A stretch of 63,997 bases of DNA, filler included, from an uncultured Myxococcia bacterium (GCA_964617105.1; 13 parts of 13 records of this genome joined end to end with filler, not necessarily neighbours in it); one strand, 5' to 3'. Numbered from the whole stretch's first letter, positions 9,542 to 20,316 are shown. Numbers and translations: made by a program. Notes: generated by a model not told the origin, from the letters alone.

Positions 9542-9916
9542 TTAAGGTGCAACGTCTGATAGGTCATAGTCTATCAACTTTTCAGCCATGATTGCTGTGG
9601 ATTGTGCCATTTGGACGGCCTTTTCCTTTGTAATTATTTTTTCATTCAACAAATTGATAATATCTTCAATAGACAATCCCAATATCAGAACATTATCTTC
9701 AGAGAAATTTTCAGCAGTCAATTCTTTAGGCCAATGAACAAAAGTGAACTGTAAACTGGTATTGATAACACCTTTTCCCACTAATTTCGCATAATAATTC
9801 ATTTGCTTCTTCATGACTTCTCTAATACGCTGTTGCTGTTGAGGCGTTAATTTCTCAAAATCCTGGTTACTTTCCAAATCGGGCTCATTATAAAAATAAT
9901 TCAATGAATCTTCCAT
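9542..9916 (-). CDS. Hypothetical phage protein
   Basis: 124-aa ORF with strong SD (AGGAGG), co-oriented in the module. Confidence 0.6.
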   Translation of the reverse strand: MEDSLNYFYNEPDLESNQDFEKLTPQQQQRIREVMKKQMNYYAKLVGKGVINTSLQFTFVHWPKELTAENFSEDNVLILGLSIEDIINLLNEKIITKEKAVQMAQSTAIMAEKLIDYDLSDVAP

Positions 9917-9965
9917 GTTCGTTCCTCCTTCTGGTTAATTTAATCGCAATAAAAAATCATAACAG

Positions 9966-10139
9966 TCATGTAAGGTAACTGCTCACATAACAACGGCACC
10001 GCGGATGTTTCGGGGGTGGATTTACTTTGTCAATTTTAAAAATTTCTCCGTTTAATGATGAACATTCCGGACAGGTCCGATTATCCAGGGCAGCCCACCA
10101 TTGAACCTTCTCAACTCCTGCATATTCGTAAAACTTGAT
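9966..10139 (-). CDS. Phage Mu F / SPP1 gp7-like minor head protein, C-terminal fragment; absent from ORF track
   Basis: Manual translation: IKFYEYAGVEKVQWWAALDNRTCPECSSLNGEIFKIDKVNPPPKHPRCRCYVSSYLT*. Confidence 0.85.
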   Translation of the reverse strand: MKFYEYAGVEKVQWWAALDNRTCPECSSLNGEIFKIDKVNPPPKHPRCRCYVSSYLT

Positions 10140-10239
10140 NNNNNNNNNNNNNNNNNNNNNNNNNNNNNNNNNNNNNNNNNNNNTTAATTAATTAANNNNN
10201 NNNNNNNNNNNNNNNNNNNNNNNNNNNNNNNNNNNNNNN

Positions 10240-10791
10240 AAAAATTTCACTATACCCATCGTATAGTTCCTCCTGGCTCTGAATATCTAACTTGCCCATT
10301 TTCAGGCTTTCGGTCTTAATTCCCAGACCCTCGCTCTCCACTTTCAGCAACAGGTTTATATCCTCTGACACCAGGTGCAGTTCAAACATCTCCTCTAATA
10401 AAATCTGCTGTAAATATTTGCAGGTTTCTAAAATAATGTTATCTCCGCTTGGAGTCAGGCCGGTTTCCACCTCAGTGGGCTCCCAGCATACCACGCCGCC
10501 ATTCTCTAATAGGACAAATTGGTCAAACTCCATTTTATTGGTTAGAAAACGTTTTAATCTCCGATTAATCCTATCTTTAACCATCAAATTGTATATTTCC
10601 CGATTAGCACCTATTGCCGCCTCTTTTACCGATGCCACCTTGTTTTTCTTGTGCTTTAATTCGTCCAGTTCTTGAAGTACCCGCCTTAAAAGCACCACCA
10701 CATTGCCACCCTCAGCCAATTTGCAGATACATTCTGGATTATCTATGATAGAACTGGTATCAGGTACATAAATTTTTATTTTTTCATCCAA
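10240..10791 (-). CDS. PIN-domain N-terminus of a PhoH2-like protein (3' partial)
   Basis: IYVPDTSSIIDNP, VLQELDELK, DNIIL, LVSEDINL. Confidence 0.75.
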
Positions 10792-10815
10792 TTAAAATCA
10801 CCTCTATGCTGGGTA

Positions 10816-12021
10816 TTACCCGTAATAATTCTCAATATAGTTCTCAATCTCTTTTATCAATTTAGGATCAGGTTCAGAAAACATCACCCCTATACCTTTA
10901 TTCTTATCATCCTCTTTGAGCCACCTCACCACCCCCCTGGTTTCGTAATGTTTCCCTCCCCGGGGTATCTGAAACTGCAAGATAACCTCCTTGCCAGAAG
11001 GAATAGGGCTCTGTATCACAATATACATACCATCCCTACTTATATCACGGCTAAATCCTTCTCCCAGGGACTGCTGGTTTTCTCCATCTAATACCTTCAC
11101 TATAGAATAAAAAGGTTTTCTTTCCTGCCATTGACTGCATTTGGCTATCTTTTTCTGGACTTCTCTGTTTTCTTTTAAAAAAGAAAAATAGTTTTCATCC
11201 CCCATCATCAGGTCGACCCGATGGTTACACTCTGGGCAGAGTTTAAAAGGTGCCCGGTATCCTTTATTATCAGGGAAATCCCGATCCGGCACTACTTTAA
11301 CATCCAACTCCATATCGCAGTCAGTACAATAATACGCGACAAATAATGAGGCTACCTGGCATTTTTCGGTAAGAGCCTCTGGTATCATAGAAAGTTGATC
11401 GGTCATGGGAACGGAACAGTTCCTCAAGGTGACAGGGACCTGCAGGGCATTGATAAAATTGACCCAGCCCCTGATACCAAAAGAGTTGATAGTTTTTACT
11501 TCCTTTAAGTCGATAACCACTTTATTTCCGGAATTCTCTAATTTGGTCTGCAGGGATCTAAAATCGGTAAATTCATTGAAACTTCCCTTTAGAAAAAATA
11601 CATCTCCAAACTTGTTATGCTCAAATCTACCTTTAAGAATATCCTGTATCGCAGTTACCAGTTGTTTAGAATCAAAAGGCTTGTTCATCCACCGGTTAAC
11701 TCCCAATTTTTTAGATTCCAACATCATTTTCGGATCGTCCAAAGCAGTCAAAATTATTATTGGAGTGATGATGTACCAAGATATTTTTTTAGCCTCTCTT
11801 ATAAAACTGAGCCCGTCCATCCTGGGCATGCTGATGTCAACTATTAATAAATCGTAATTTTTTGCTTTTACCTTTTTTAAGGCTTCCATTCCATCCTCAG
11901 CCTGTTCCACCTTGTAACCGGCAGTAGTGAGGACCATCTCCAGACAACTCAATATTATTGGTGAATCGTCGACTACCAATATTTTTCTAATTCTTTTTCC
12001 CATTTCGCTTTCCAAAATCAT
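10816..12021 (-). CDS. Response regulator with receiver, STAS-like, CxxC zinc-ribbon and PilZ domains
   Basis: ILVVDD..DISMPRMDG..KPF; IDLKEVKTINSFGIRGW; YCTDC...CPEC; QERKP..RDISRDG..VVRW..GIGVMF. Confidence 0.8.
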   Translation of the reverse strand: MILESEMGKRIRKILVVDDSPIILSCLEMVLTTAGYKVEQAEDGMEALKKVKAKNYDLLIVDISMPRMDGLSFIREAKKISWYIITPIIILTALDDPKMMLESKKLGVNRWMNKPFDSKQLVTAIQDILKGRFEHNKFGDVFFLKGSFNEFTDFRSLQTKLENSGNKVVIDLKEVKTINSFGIRGWVNFINALQVPVTLRNCSVPMTDQLSMIPEALTEKCQVASLFVAYYCTDCDMELDVKVVPDRDFPDNKGYRAPFKLCPECNHRVDLMMGDENYFSFLKENREVQKKIAKCSQWQERKPFYSIVKVLDGENQQSLGEGFSRDISRDGMYIVIQSPIPSGKEVILQFQIPRGGKHYETRGVVRWLKEDDKNKGIGVMFSEPDPKLIKEIENYIENYYG

Positions 12022-12144
12022 AATTATGGTAAAAAAATAATTTTTTTTTTTTTAAACTATCACCTTTTTTATTTTCAGGCAATATTATATATTAAACAAG
12101 GCTTCTGATTTAATATAACTTAAATAGTATAGAGGAGTATAAAA

Positions 12145-13302
12145 ATGTGGGAAGATTTTGCCAATTTTGATGATCACCTTAACCAAGAAGAAGTTGCTGT
12201 AAGGGATATGGTGAGAAAATTTGTTGATAAGACCATCATTCCCATCATTGGAAAACACTACCAACAGGGCACTTTCCCTATGGAACTGGTAGGCCAAATG
12301 GGAGAATACGGCCTTTTTGGAGCGGATCTTCAAGGGTATGGCTGCGCCGGAATGTCACCTCTCTCTTATGCTATGATCTGCCAGGAGTTGGAAAGAGGGG
12401 ATACGGGCATTAGATCTTTTGTTTCGGTCCAAAGTTCTTTGGCCATGTTTGCTATCTACACTTTTGGCAGCCAGGAACAAAAAGAGAGATGGCTGCCGGC
12501 CATGGCATCCGGAAAAAAAATTGGCAGTTTTTGCCTTACCGAACCGGACTTTGGCTCTAATCCAGGAGGCATGAGAACAAAAGCCATAGAAAATCAAGAT
12601 GGTTATCTGCTGAATGGAAATAAAATGTGGATAACCAATGGATCGATTGCCGATATCGCCATAGTATGGGCCAAACTTAACGGCAAAGTGAAAGGGTTTT
12701 TAGTTGAAAAGGAAACTCCCGGATCTGAAACCAGTGATATACACAATAAACTCTCTTTGCGGGCTTCAGTTACCTCAAAAATGTGTCTGGAGGACTGCCA
12801 GGTGGCAAAATCAGCCCTTTTGCCACTTGCCCATGGATTAAAAGCGCCTTTCGCCTGCCTGAACAAAGCCCGTTTTGGCATAGCCTGGGGCGCCATCGGT
12901 GCGGCTATGGACTGTTATCAGCGGGCCCGGGAATATGCCATGGCCAGATGCCAATTTAATGACCAGCCCCTTGCTTCCCACCAACTGATTCAAGTCAAAC
13001 TGGCGGAGATGTTAACCGAGATCTGCAAGGCTCAGTTTTTATCGCTTCAGGTAAGCCGGCTGCTGGAAAAAGGAGCTGCCAAACCGGCCCATATCTCCAT
13101 GATTAAGTTAAACAACACCGAAATGGCTTTAAACATCGCCCGCACTGCCAGAGCAATTTTAGGGGCCAACGGAATAGTGACAGACTATGCAGTTATGCGG
13201 CACCAATGCAACCTGGAAACCGCTATCACCTATGAAGGCACCAGTGATATCCACAGACTGATCCTGGGCCAGGCTATAACCGGGATACCGGCGTATTGTT
13301 GA
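12145..13302 (+). CDS. gcdH: Acyl-CoA dehydrogenase, glutaryl-CoA dehydrogenase-like
   Basis: ELERGDTGIRSFVSVQSSL, FCLTEPDFGSNP, KMWITNG, ILGANGI, TYEGTSDIH. Confidence 0.85.
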   Translation: MWEDFANFDDHLNQEEVAVRDMVRKFVDKTIIPIIGKHYQQGTFPMELVGQMGEYGLFGADLQGYGCAGMSPLSYAMICQELERGDTGIRSFVSVQSSLAMFAIYTFGSQEQKERWLPAMASGKKIGSFCLTEPDFGSNPGGMRTKAIENQDGYLLNGNKMWITNGSIADIAIVWAKLNGKVKGFLVEKETPGSETSDIHNKLSLRASVTSKMCLEDCQVAKSALLPLAHGLKAPFACLNKARFGIAWGAIGAAMDCYQRAREYAMARCQFNDQPLASHQLIQVKLAEMLTEICKAQFLSLQVSRLLEKGAAKPAHISMIKLNNTEMALNIARTARAILGANGIVTDYAVMRHQCNLETAITYEGTSDIHRLILGQAITGIPAYC

Positions 13303-13418
13303 TTTACATCAAGAGGCGGTTTAGTGTCTATATAGACCATGATTATTTTTTTCTTTCAAATCTCTCTGTGGTTCTATATAATATAAAACTACTTCTATTA
13401 AAAGAAAGGAGATAATAT

Positions 13419-14321
13419 ATGCAAAAAGGAACCAAATTGATTAAATTACTATCCCTGCCGGTTCTACTGGGCACCCTGCTATTTTTAAATTCCTGTGAAT
13501 TCATCAAAGAAGCATCGGAAATAACTTTTGGCGATGAAAATGATAGCACGTTTCCTATACCCCGGATGGAACCAAAGATTAACTTTAACTTGAAAAATTC
13601 TATCAGCCTGGAGATATTTGAGTCCCAGGAGTTTGCCGAGGTCAAAAAATCTTTGGGATTACCAGATGCGACCACCTATGAAATGTTTCAAAAAAATCCC
13701 ATAGAGATTCCCTGGGATAAAATCCCTACCGACATCCATAAGTGTGGTGAAGAGGGTGAAGAGAAAGTGCCTTGCACCAAACTGAAGATTGATGAGGGAG
13801 AAGTTGTTTTACTTAAAAATAAGATTGATGACCAGGAGGTCTATGTAATAAAAGTAATTATTAAACAAGAGGTAGTAAAACAAGAGGATACCGAAGAAAT
13901 AAGCAAACAGGCGGGAGGAAAAATTCTCGACGCCATTAGACAGATCAATTTACGTTTTTACCAACTCTCTTTAACCGACAAAAACATCTCTGACAGCAGC
14001 AATCTGCTGTTGAAAATCTGCCAGAATTTTTATCTAAAAGTAGGAACTCCAGACTCCAGTGAAGATAAAAAGTTGAAACTGATACGTAAAAGACACCTGA
14101 ACTCCATCTCTCCTGATTCTCCCAGACGCTTCGAGATTGGCCCTCCTCTGTTGGGCCAGATAGTGGACAAAATAGATAATCTGGAGCCAGCGGAAATAGA
14201 GGTGGAATTACAGATGGAGTTGGATGAACAAGATTTCAATCAACTACCCCAGAATATGACTTTTAATTTGAACATTCAACCAGAGGTGGTAATCAGCGTG
14301 GCAGAGGCAATAACTTCCTAA
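13419..14321 (+). CDS. Hypothetical lipoprotein
   Basis: Lipobox LNSC after a hydrophobic stretch; SD AGGAG. Confidence 0.7.
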   Translation: MQKGTKLIKLLSLPVLLGTLLFLNSCEFIKEASEITFGDENDSTFPIPRMEPKINFNLKNSISLEIFESQEFAEVKKSLGLPDATTYEMFQKNPIEIPWDKIPTDIHKCGEEGEEKVPCTKLKIDEGEVVLLKNKIDDQEVYVIKVIIKQEVVKQEDTEEISKQAGGKILDAIRQINLRFYQLSLTDKNISDSSNLLLKICQNFYLKVGTPDSSEDKKLKLIRKRHLNSISPDSPRRFEIGPPLLGQIVDKIDNLEPAEIEVELQMELDEQDFNQLPQNMTFNLNIQPEVVISVAEAITS

Positions 14322-14333
14322 AAGGATAGCATA

Positions 14334-15199
14334 ATGATAAACAAAATTTTTCAAATAGTTATTATAGCGATTTTTTTAAACTTTTCCTCTTTTGTATATG
14401 CAAACGAAACTGAGGATAACCAAAAGCCTGCCCCGCAGACTCCCAAAAACACTACCGGGCAAGTAAAAGAGGACTCCAAAGAGCCGGTAAAAGCGGAAAA
14501 AGAGACGGTTGCCACAGAGAATAAAGCTAAAGAGCCAGAAAAAGAGGAGGCAGCCAAGAAGGACGCTACTAAGGCGGGGGCCCCCGAAAAACCTGGCAAA
14601 GAGCAAGATAAAAAGGCGGCCGGTGTGGAAGCCAAAAAACCAGCGAAACCCCGCCAATTCCTCAAGGGAGAGTTGGCCAATATCGGCAGTATAGAACTTA
14701 TGCCCCGTGAAAAACGGGTAGGACTCGCCTTTGGCGTGCAAAACCTGGCTAAAAAGTTTTATCTGGCCTTAACCCCAAATATTATCTATTCCAGGGAGTT
14801 ATACGGTTCTGAGTTTACCACCAGCTTTGGAGTTCCCTTGCGATTTGAGATTTTAGACCCCAACCCGGATGTTCGCTTTGCCAATGCCGGCAAAATGCGC
14901 AAATACGATTGGGATGAACCTGGTGATTACAGCAAAATTATTCGCTATATAACTTACGGCCGCAAAGAGGACAAATTTTATCTTGATATCAATGCTTTTA
15001 ACGCCAACAGTATTGGCCATGGCACCATTATGAAAAGATACAATCCCAATCTTAATATCGACCACACCCACGTTAGCCTGGAAATGGATGCTTACAACGA
15101 TGGCGGCGGTTTTGAACTCTATCTAAACGACATTGCCGGCCCCAATGTAGTCGGCGTTTTAGGATTTATCAAACCCATGGGATTCACCTCTTCTAAAAA
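14334..15199 (+). CDS. Secreted hypothetical protein with K/E/A/P-rich linker (3' partial)
   Basis: Signal peptide ending VYA; low-complexity linker; globular region DWDEPGDYSKIIRY..IGHGTIM. Confidence 0.7.
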
Positions 15200-15349
15200 N
15201 NNNNNNNNNNNNNNNNNNNNNNNNNNNNNNNNNNNNNNNNNNNTTAATTAATTAANNNNNNNNNNNNNNNNNNNNNNNNNNNNNNNNNNNNNNNNNNNNC
15301 CATTTTGGATAAATTTAGTCGAAATGGATTTGGTGCTTTTCAACACCCT

Positions 15350-15972
15350 TTACATATCAAAACAACGTCCAGATTTTTTTATAAAATCAATATATGTTTC
15401 TATTGGGAAAGCCTCATAGCAAGGTCTAGGTGTTTTAATTATATCTGGAGGATAAATATTTCCTTTAGTACTAAAGATTCCGGTTTCTGTTTTGATTTTA
15501 AGACCGGGAATATCTTTTAAAGATTTTTTTGACCCAATATACTGTAAAACTGTTTTGATGCGTTCATCTCCTTCTCCAATAAAATAAATATCAGCGTCAA
15601 TTTTCTCTAATATGCATGTCGGAGCAGTTGTTGGAAGACTTCCACCAATAATAATTATACAATCTGGCCAGACAGATTTAATAGTTTTTGTTAAATCTTG
15701 AATATTACGAAAATGAGTTATCATGCCAGATAAGAGTACTACATCTGGAATGCATGATATTTTTTCTAAATATTGAACTTTATTGTCGGTTCGGTTAGCG
15801 TCAAAATCTATTACTTTTATATTATGAGCCTGCTCTTTAACAATTGAAACTATGGTAGCTAAGTCTAAAGGGAAAAATAAAAAATCGTCTTCAGACCATT
15901 GAGGATTAATTGCAATGCAACTAAGATTTTTATGCCTGGAATATTATTTTTTAATTTGTTAATTGCAATCAT
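15350..15972 (-). pseudogene. Cobalamin-binding radical SAM protein, frameshifted and truncated
   Basis: B12-domain motifs IIIGGSLPT and FIGEGD; 5-bp duplication at 15911-15920 breaks the frame from ATG 15972; stop at 15350 before any CxxxCxxC. Confidence 0.75.
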
Positions 15973-16030
15973 TATTTAACTACTCCATTTTATGGAAACT
16001 AACATAAAACCAGATAGTATCAATAGAAAA

Positions 16031-17224
16031 TCAGCAAAGTATCTTGTCCACAATCCTTTTAGCTCCTTTTCCATCAAACAGTTTTTTACCATTTTTTGAC
16101 ATTTGGGAGATAATATTTGATTGGGACAACAATTTATACAAATGATCATGAAATATTTTGGGGGAAAGGGAGGTGTGGATACCGGCATCAAGAAAGAAAT
16201 TGTATTGGCTAAGCCATTGGGCGGATATCTGGTTTTGAGGAAAAGTGGAGATTAACATAGCTGGAAGACCAAGCAAGGCTGCTTCATAGACAATGGTCCC
16301 AAAACTAAAAATACCCAACTGAGCCTGAGCCATAAGTAGGGCAAAATTTGATGGATTTATCAATACTTGCAAAGGAAAGGAAGATTGTGAAGTGAGTTCC
16401 ATTACCTGATTATGGTTTTGAGATAATGGTCCAAGAACCACAGTTACCTGGATTTTATTTATAAGGATTTTTGATTTACTGTTATAGAGTTGGAGTGGTT
16501 GATTGGCAACAGGGTTGCCTCCAATTACTTCAGCAAAAAACAGATTCAACCATTTAAGCAATTTGGGGGTTAAATTATAGGCATCGGTGCCACCCATGGC
16601 GATAAGAATGTTGAATGTATTCTGAGGGTCGCCATGGGTTGAAGACATGTCGGTGTCCTCAGTGTCCTCATGTTCATTTGAACTAAGAAGGTTGCGGGCC
16701 TGCAAAAAACTTTTATCAATTATAGTGTATTCAGCACCGGCGAATATTTTCTGATCCAAATCGGTTTTATGAGGAATTTTTCTGGAAAACTGTTGGTTAG
16801 AAGTCAGAAATTGTTCAGGAAGAGGAGCCAGAGGGAAAAAGGCAAGATCAGCCTCAAGAGCGCCGGGACTTCCGTTGTCAATGGTCACCACCTGACGGGC
16901 AATTTTTTTGGCAGATGCAATCTCCTCAACCTGGATGGGATAGGGTTTGTCCAGAATTATAGTATCTATGAGATGGGAGCAGTTGTTTATGCTTTCTTTA
17001 GCAAAAGAGAGGCGGGTATCACCATAATGATGATATATAGTTGAGAAATCTCCATGATGCCAGGAGAAACCTTCCTCTGGCAGCCAAGGTGGTTCCGGGG
17101 GCGAGTCTTCGAACCAGAACTGCACCACCCTGCCCTGTTTTTTAAACTCCCGGGCCAGGTTTAGGCAGCGCCGTAAATGGCCAAGACCGTGTTTGTGCCC
17201 GAATTTGAGGTGCAAGATTATCAT
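16031..17224 (-). CDS. PseG/SpsG-like nucleotide-sugar hydrolase (GT-B fold)
   Basis: GLGHLRRCLNLA, ILIAMGGTD, GTIVYEAALLGLP, DGKGAKRI. Confidence 0.8.
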   Translation of the reverse strand: MIILHLKFGHKHGLGHLRRCLNLAREFKKQGRVVQFWFEDSPPEPPWLPEEGFSWHHGDFSTIYHHYGDTRLSFAKESINNCSHLIDTIILDKPYPIQVEEIASAKKIARQVVTIDNGSPGALEADLAFFPLAPLPEQFLTSNQQFSRKIPHKTDLDQKIFAGAEYTIIDKSFLQARNLLSSNEHEDTEDTDMSSTHGDPQNTFNILIAMGGTDAYNLTPKLLKWLNLFFAEVIGGNPVANQPLQLYNSKSKILINKIQVTVVLGPLSQNHNQVMELTSQSSFPLQVLINPSNFALLMAQAQLGIFSFGTIVYEAALLGLPAMLISTFPQNQISAQWLSQYNFFLDAGIHTSLSPKIFHDHLYKLLSQSNIISQMSKNGKKLFDGKGAKRIVDKILC

Positions 17225-18150
17225 AATTTGCCCGGTTTAACCCCATAAACCAATGCGCTCCGGCCGCACTGATGTTTGGCCAGAACATTATACAGATCGG
17301 TTAATAATTCCGGATAGTTCTGGTATAGTTCCTGTTCAAAGGCCATCCGTTTTTGATGACATTTTGCCCCAATTTCCGGGTGATCGATATAGTTTTCATT
17401 CCAAAGCAGAAAAAATTCCATGGGAAAAGTTGACTGTTGGGCCGCAACCTTAAAACCGCCTTTTCTCAGCAGTGATTTTAAAGAGGAAAAAGAAAAATAA
17501 TTGAGATGGTGAGGAATCGAGATCCACCACTGTTTTTTATCGGTTTTATTTTGGGCAATGGTTTGCAGTTGGTTAAAATCGTTAGGAGATTCAATGCACA
17601 AAATGCCCTCGGGTTTAAGTAACTGAAAGGTCTGCTGACAGAGTTGCTGAGGGTTGGGGAGATGCTCCAGCACATAAGAGAGGTGAATTACATCAAAGGT
17701 CTGTCGGTTTTGATGGAAAAACTGGTCAAAAAAACCGTGAAAAACCTGGCAGCCATGTTGCCGGGCATATTCAACTGCCGGTAAAGAGGGCTCAACCCCC
17801 AAGGTCTGCCATCCCCTTTTATTTCCAGTTCGCTGGAAATATCCTCCGGAACTGCCGATATCCAGAAGGCTGAGTTGGTCTTCTAAAACCCTGGGGGAAC
17901 CCAAAATATTCTCGAATTTCTGGTAGCGGTTTTTATATACCGTGTGCCAATAATCCTTTTCCCGCTCCATTTTGGAGAGGTAATCGGGAATATCTTGCTG
18001 ATAAAACTCTTTTTGGTAAAGCCGGGTCAGTTCTTCCTTTTCCGGATAGGGGTGAACGTGGATAAAACCGCAGGTGTGGCAGTTGATAATAGAGTATTTA
18101 TCATGAGCAGCCAGTTTGGGACCATGGTGAGATATACTATTTAAAGTCAT
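17221..18150 (-). CDS. Class I SAM-dependent methyltransferase
   Basis: LLDIGSSGG, GVEPS, FDVIHLSYVLEH, N-terminal CHTCG. Confidence 0.88.
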   Translation of the reverse strand: MTLNSISHHGPKLAAHDKYSIINCHTCGFIHVHPYPEKEELTRLYQKEFYQQDIPDYLSKMEREKDYWHTVYKNRYQKFENILGSPRVLEDQLSLLDIGSSGGYFQRTGNKRGWQTLGVEPSLPAVEYARQHGCQVFHGFFDQFFHQNRQTFDVIHLSYVLEHLPNPQQLCQQTFQLLKPEGILCIESPNDFNQLQTIAQNKTDKKQWWISIPHHLNYFSFSSLKSLLRKGGFKVAAQQSTFPMEFFLLWNENYIDHPEIGAKCHQKRMAFEQELYQNYPELLTDLYNVLAKHQCGRSALVYGVKPGKL

Positions 18151-18191
18151 AAGGTTACCTGATTGAATATCATCTCAATTTGCATAAAATA

Positions 18192-19295
18192 CTACTGTTT
18201 TTGATAAAAATCTATTATATGATTGGTGATATATTTTATCTCAACCTCTTGCAGATGATGATGGCAGGGAAAGGAGATAATCGATTTGCTCTGTTGCTCG
18301 CAAAGAGGAAAGTCACCCAATTTATAGCCAAGATCTTTACTTGCCTTTTGAAGGTGCAGGGGAATGGGATAGTGTATTTTTACCTCGATTCCTTTAGATT
18401 CCAGATAGTTGTGCAAATTGTCCCGCTGTTTTGCTTTTACCATATAGATACTGTATACTGCTTTTTTATCTGAATTTGTGGGAGGAAAAACAATATTAGG
18501 TGCTAAATTCTTCAATTGATGATCATAAAGATGAGCATTTTTTTTCCGTTTATCAATAACATCAGTCATTTTTTCCATCCGTACCAGACCTATTGCCGCC
18601 TGAAGAGCGTCAAGCCGGCTGTTATAGGCATAAAAGGCAACTTCATCCCGGCTGCAGAGTCCGTGGTTTCTTAATTGCAGCAACTGGTGATAATGTTCTT
18701 TATTGTCGGTGGTAATTATCCCTCCATCACCGCACACATTTAGGTTTTTTAGCGGATGCAGGCTGAAACAGCCAAAATTTCCCCATTGACCAGCATTTCT
18801 CCCCTTTAATGAGGAACCAACCGCCTGGCAGGCATCTTCGATCACTGCCAGAGAGTGCTTTTGGGCAATAGCATTGATCTTATCCATATCAGATATATTA
18901 CCGGTAAGATGCACCGGCATAATGGCTTTGGTATTTTTTGTAATGGCCTTTTCAATCAATTCTGGATCAATATTATAATCATCTCCAACATCTACAAAAA
19001 CCGGTGTTGCCCCGGCAGCGGCAATTGCTCCAACTGTGGCCACAAAGGTGTTGGGAACAGTTATAATTTGATGGCCATTACCAATTTGCAAAACCTTGAG
19101 ACTCAAAAAGAGAGCATCGGTTCCTGAATTGACTGCAACCGCATATTTTGTTCCGCAAAGAGCGGAAAATCTCTGTTCAAACTCCTCCACCTTTTTACCC
19201 AACACATACTGACCGGATTCCAAAGTCTCTTTTACAGCGGAAAGGATGGAGGGATGATTGAAATCTTTATGTAAACTGACATATTTTATTTCCAT
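18192..19295 (-). CDS. DegT/DnrJ/EryC1/StrS sugar aminotransferase
   Basis: NSGTDAL, PVHLTG, IEDACQA, FSLHPLKNLNVCGDGG. Confidence 0.93.
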   Translation of the reverse strand: MEIKYVSLHKDFNHPSILSAVKETLESGQYVLGKKVEEFEQRFSALCGTKYAVAVNSGTDALFLSLKVLQIGNGHQIITVPNTFVATVGAIAAAGATPVFVDVGDDYNIDPELIEKAITKNTKAIMPVHLTGNISDMDKINAIAQKHSLAVIEDACQAVGSSLKGRNAGQWGNFGCFSLHPLKNLNVCGDGGIITTDNKEHYHQLLQLRNHGLCSRDEVAFYAYNSRLDALQAAIGLVRMEKMTDVIDKRKKNAHLYDHQLKNLAPNIVFPPTNSDKKAVYSIYMVKAKQRDNLHNYLESKGIEVKIHYPIPLHLQKASKDLGYKLGDFPLCEQQSKSIISFPCHHHLQEVEIKYITNHIIDFYQKQ

Positions 19296-19357
19296 ACTAA
19301 GTTCCTATTTTACTTTGTAAATTTTCTCTTTTTGGGAATTTGCCAATAAGATAGAGA

Positions 19358-20216
19358 TTATTGATTTTTCAATAGTTGCTGAAAGAGATCGATGGTCAAA
19401 TTGGATGTTTTTTCCGCCACCTGATTGATTTTAATCCCTTGAGGCCAGGATAAGTGGTCAAATTGAGATTGGTGCTGTGAAAATATTGATATGGTGGCAA
19501 CATGAAAATCACAGCAATATTGAGAAATGTATTGGTCAAATTGGTTTAACCTGTGGTAGTTGCAGGATTTAGATTTAGAGTTTAATAAATCAAAACCAGG
19601 TTGTTCAAGATCGATTATTTTAATTCCCAGGCTCTCTTTTTCAATTAAGTGATTAACCATTTTAGAAAGGGCTTTTTTTTCAACACAGGATAACTGGTGA
19701 AAGATAAAAAGGTGGCGCTCATCAAAGTTTTTAAAACTCTTTTGGTTAACATGCTGGTTTATTTTCAAAAGACTATTATGACAATAAAGAAAGTCCAGCA
19801 CTTTATGGAGATCTATTATATTTTTTCTTTGATACATCTTATTGTAAATAGTGCGCATAAATTTCAAGTCTGCCCAAGTATCAACCATATATCTGAATTT
19901 TAGATGAGAAAATTTGGGCTCCGCTTTTATGGATGAGATAACAAACTGCTCTTGATTCTCAAAAATATAGGGTACCACATGCTCACGCTGATGGGGTTTG
20001 GTGGTCAAATGGTCTAATTTTAGAAGGGTGGCAAAGGGAAAAGCTTCGATCCCACCTTCCAGGATTGGATTTTCTACTCCCACATATTCTATCTTGTTAT
20101 TAGAGAGAAGATGAGTAATCATTCGGGAAATAGTGGGCGGATGAATTAGAGGACAGTCACCGCATATACGCACAATATATTTGGCTGAGAAATTTTGGGC
20201 AGCATAAATAAAACGG
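19358..20216 (-). CDS. SpsF-like cytidylyltransferase (5' partial)
   Basis: RICGDCPLIHP, REHVVPYI, RYMVDTWADL. Confidence 0.8.
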
Positions 20217-20316
20217 NNNNNNNNNNNNNNNNNNNNNNNNNNNNNNNNNNNNNNNNNNNNTTAATTAATTAANNNNNNNNNNNNNNNNNNNNNNNNNNNN
20301 NNNNNNNNNNNNNNNN

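Larger units (their letters stand above)
5140..10139 (-). mobile_element. Prophage or phage-like element fragment (head and packaging module)
   Basis: Co-oriented Mu-F-like, TerS-like, TerL and RhuM genes. Confidence 0.8.
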
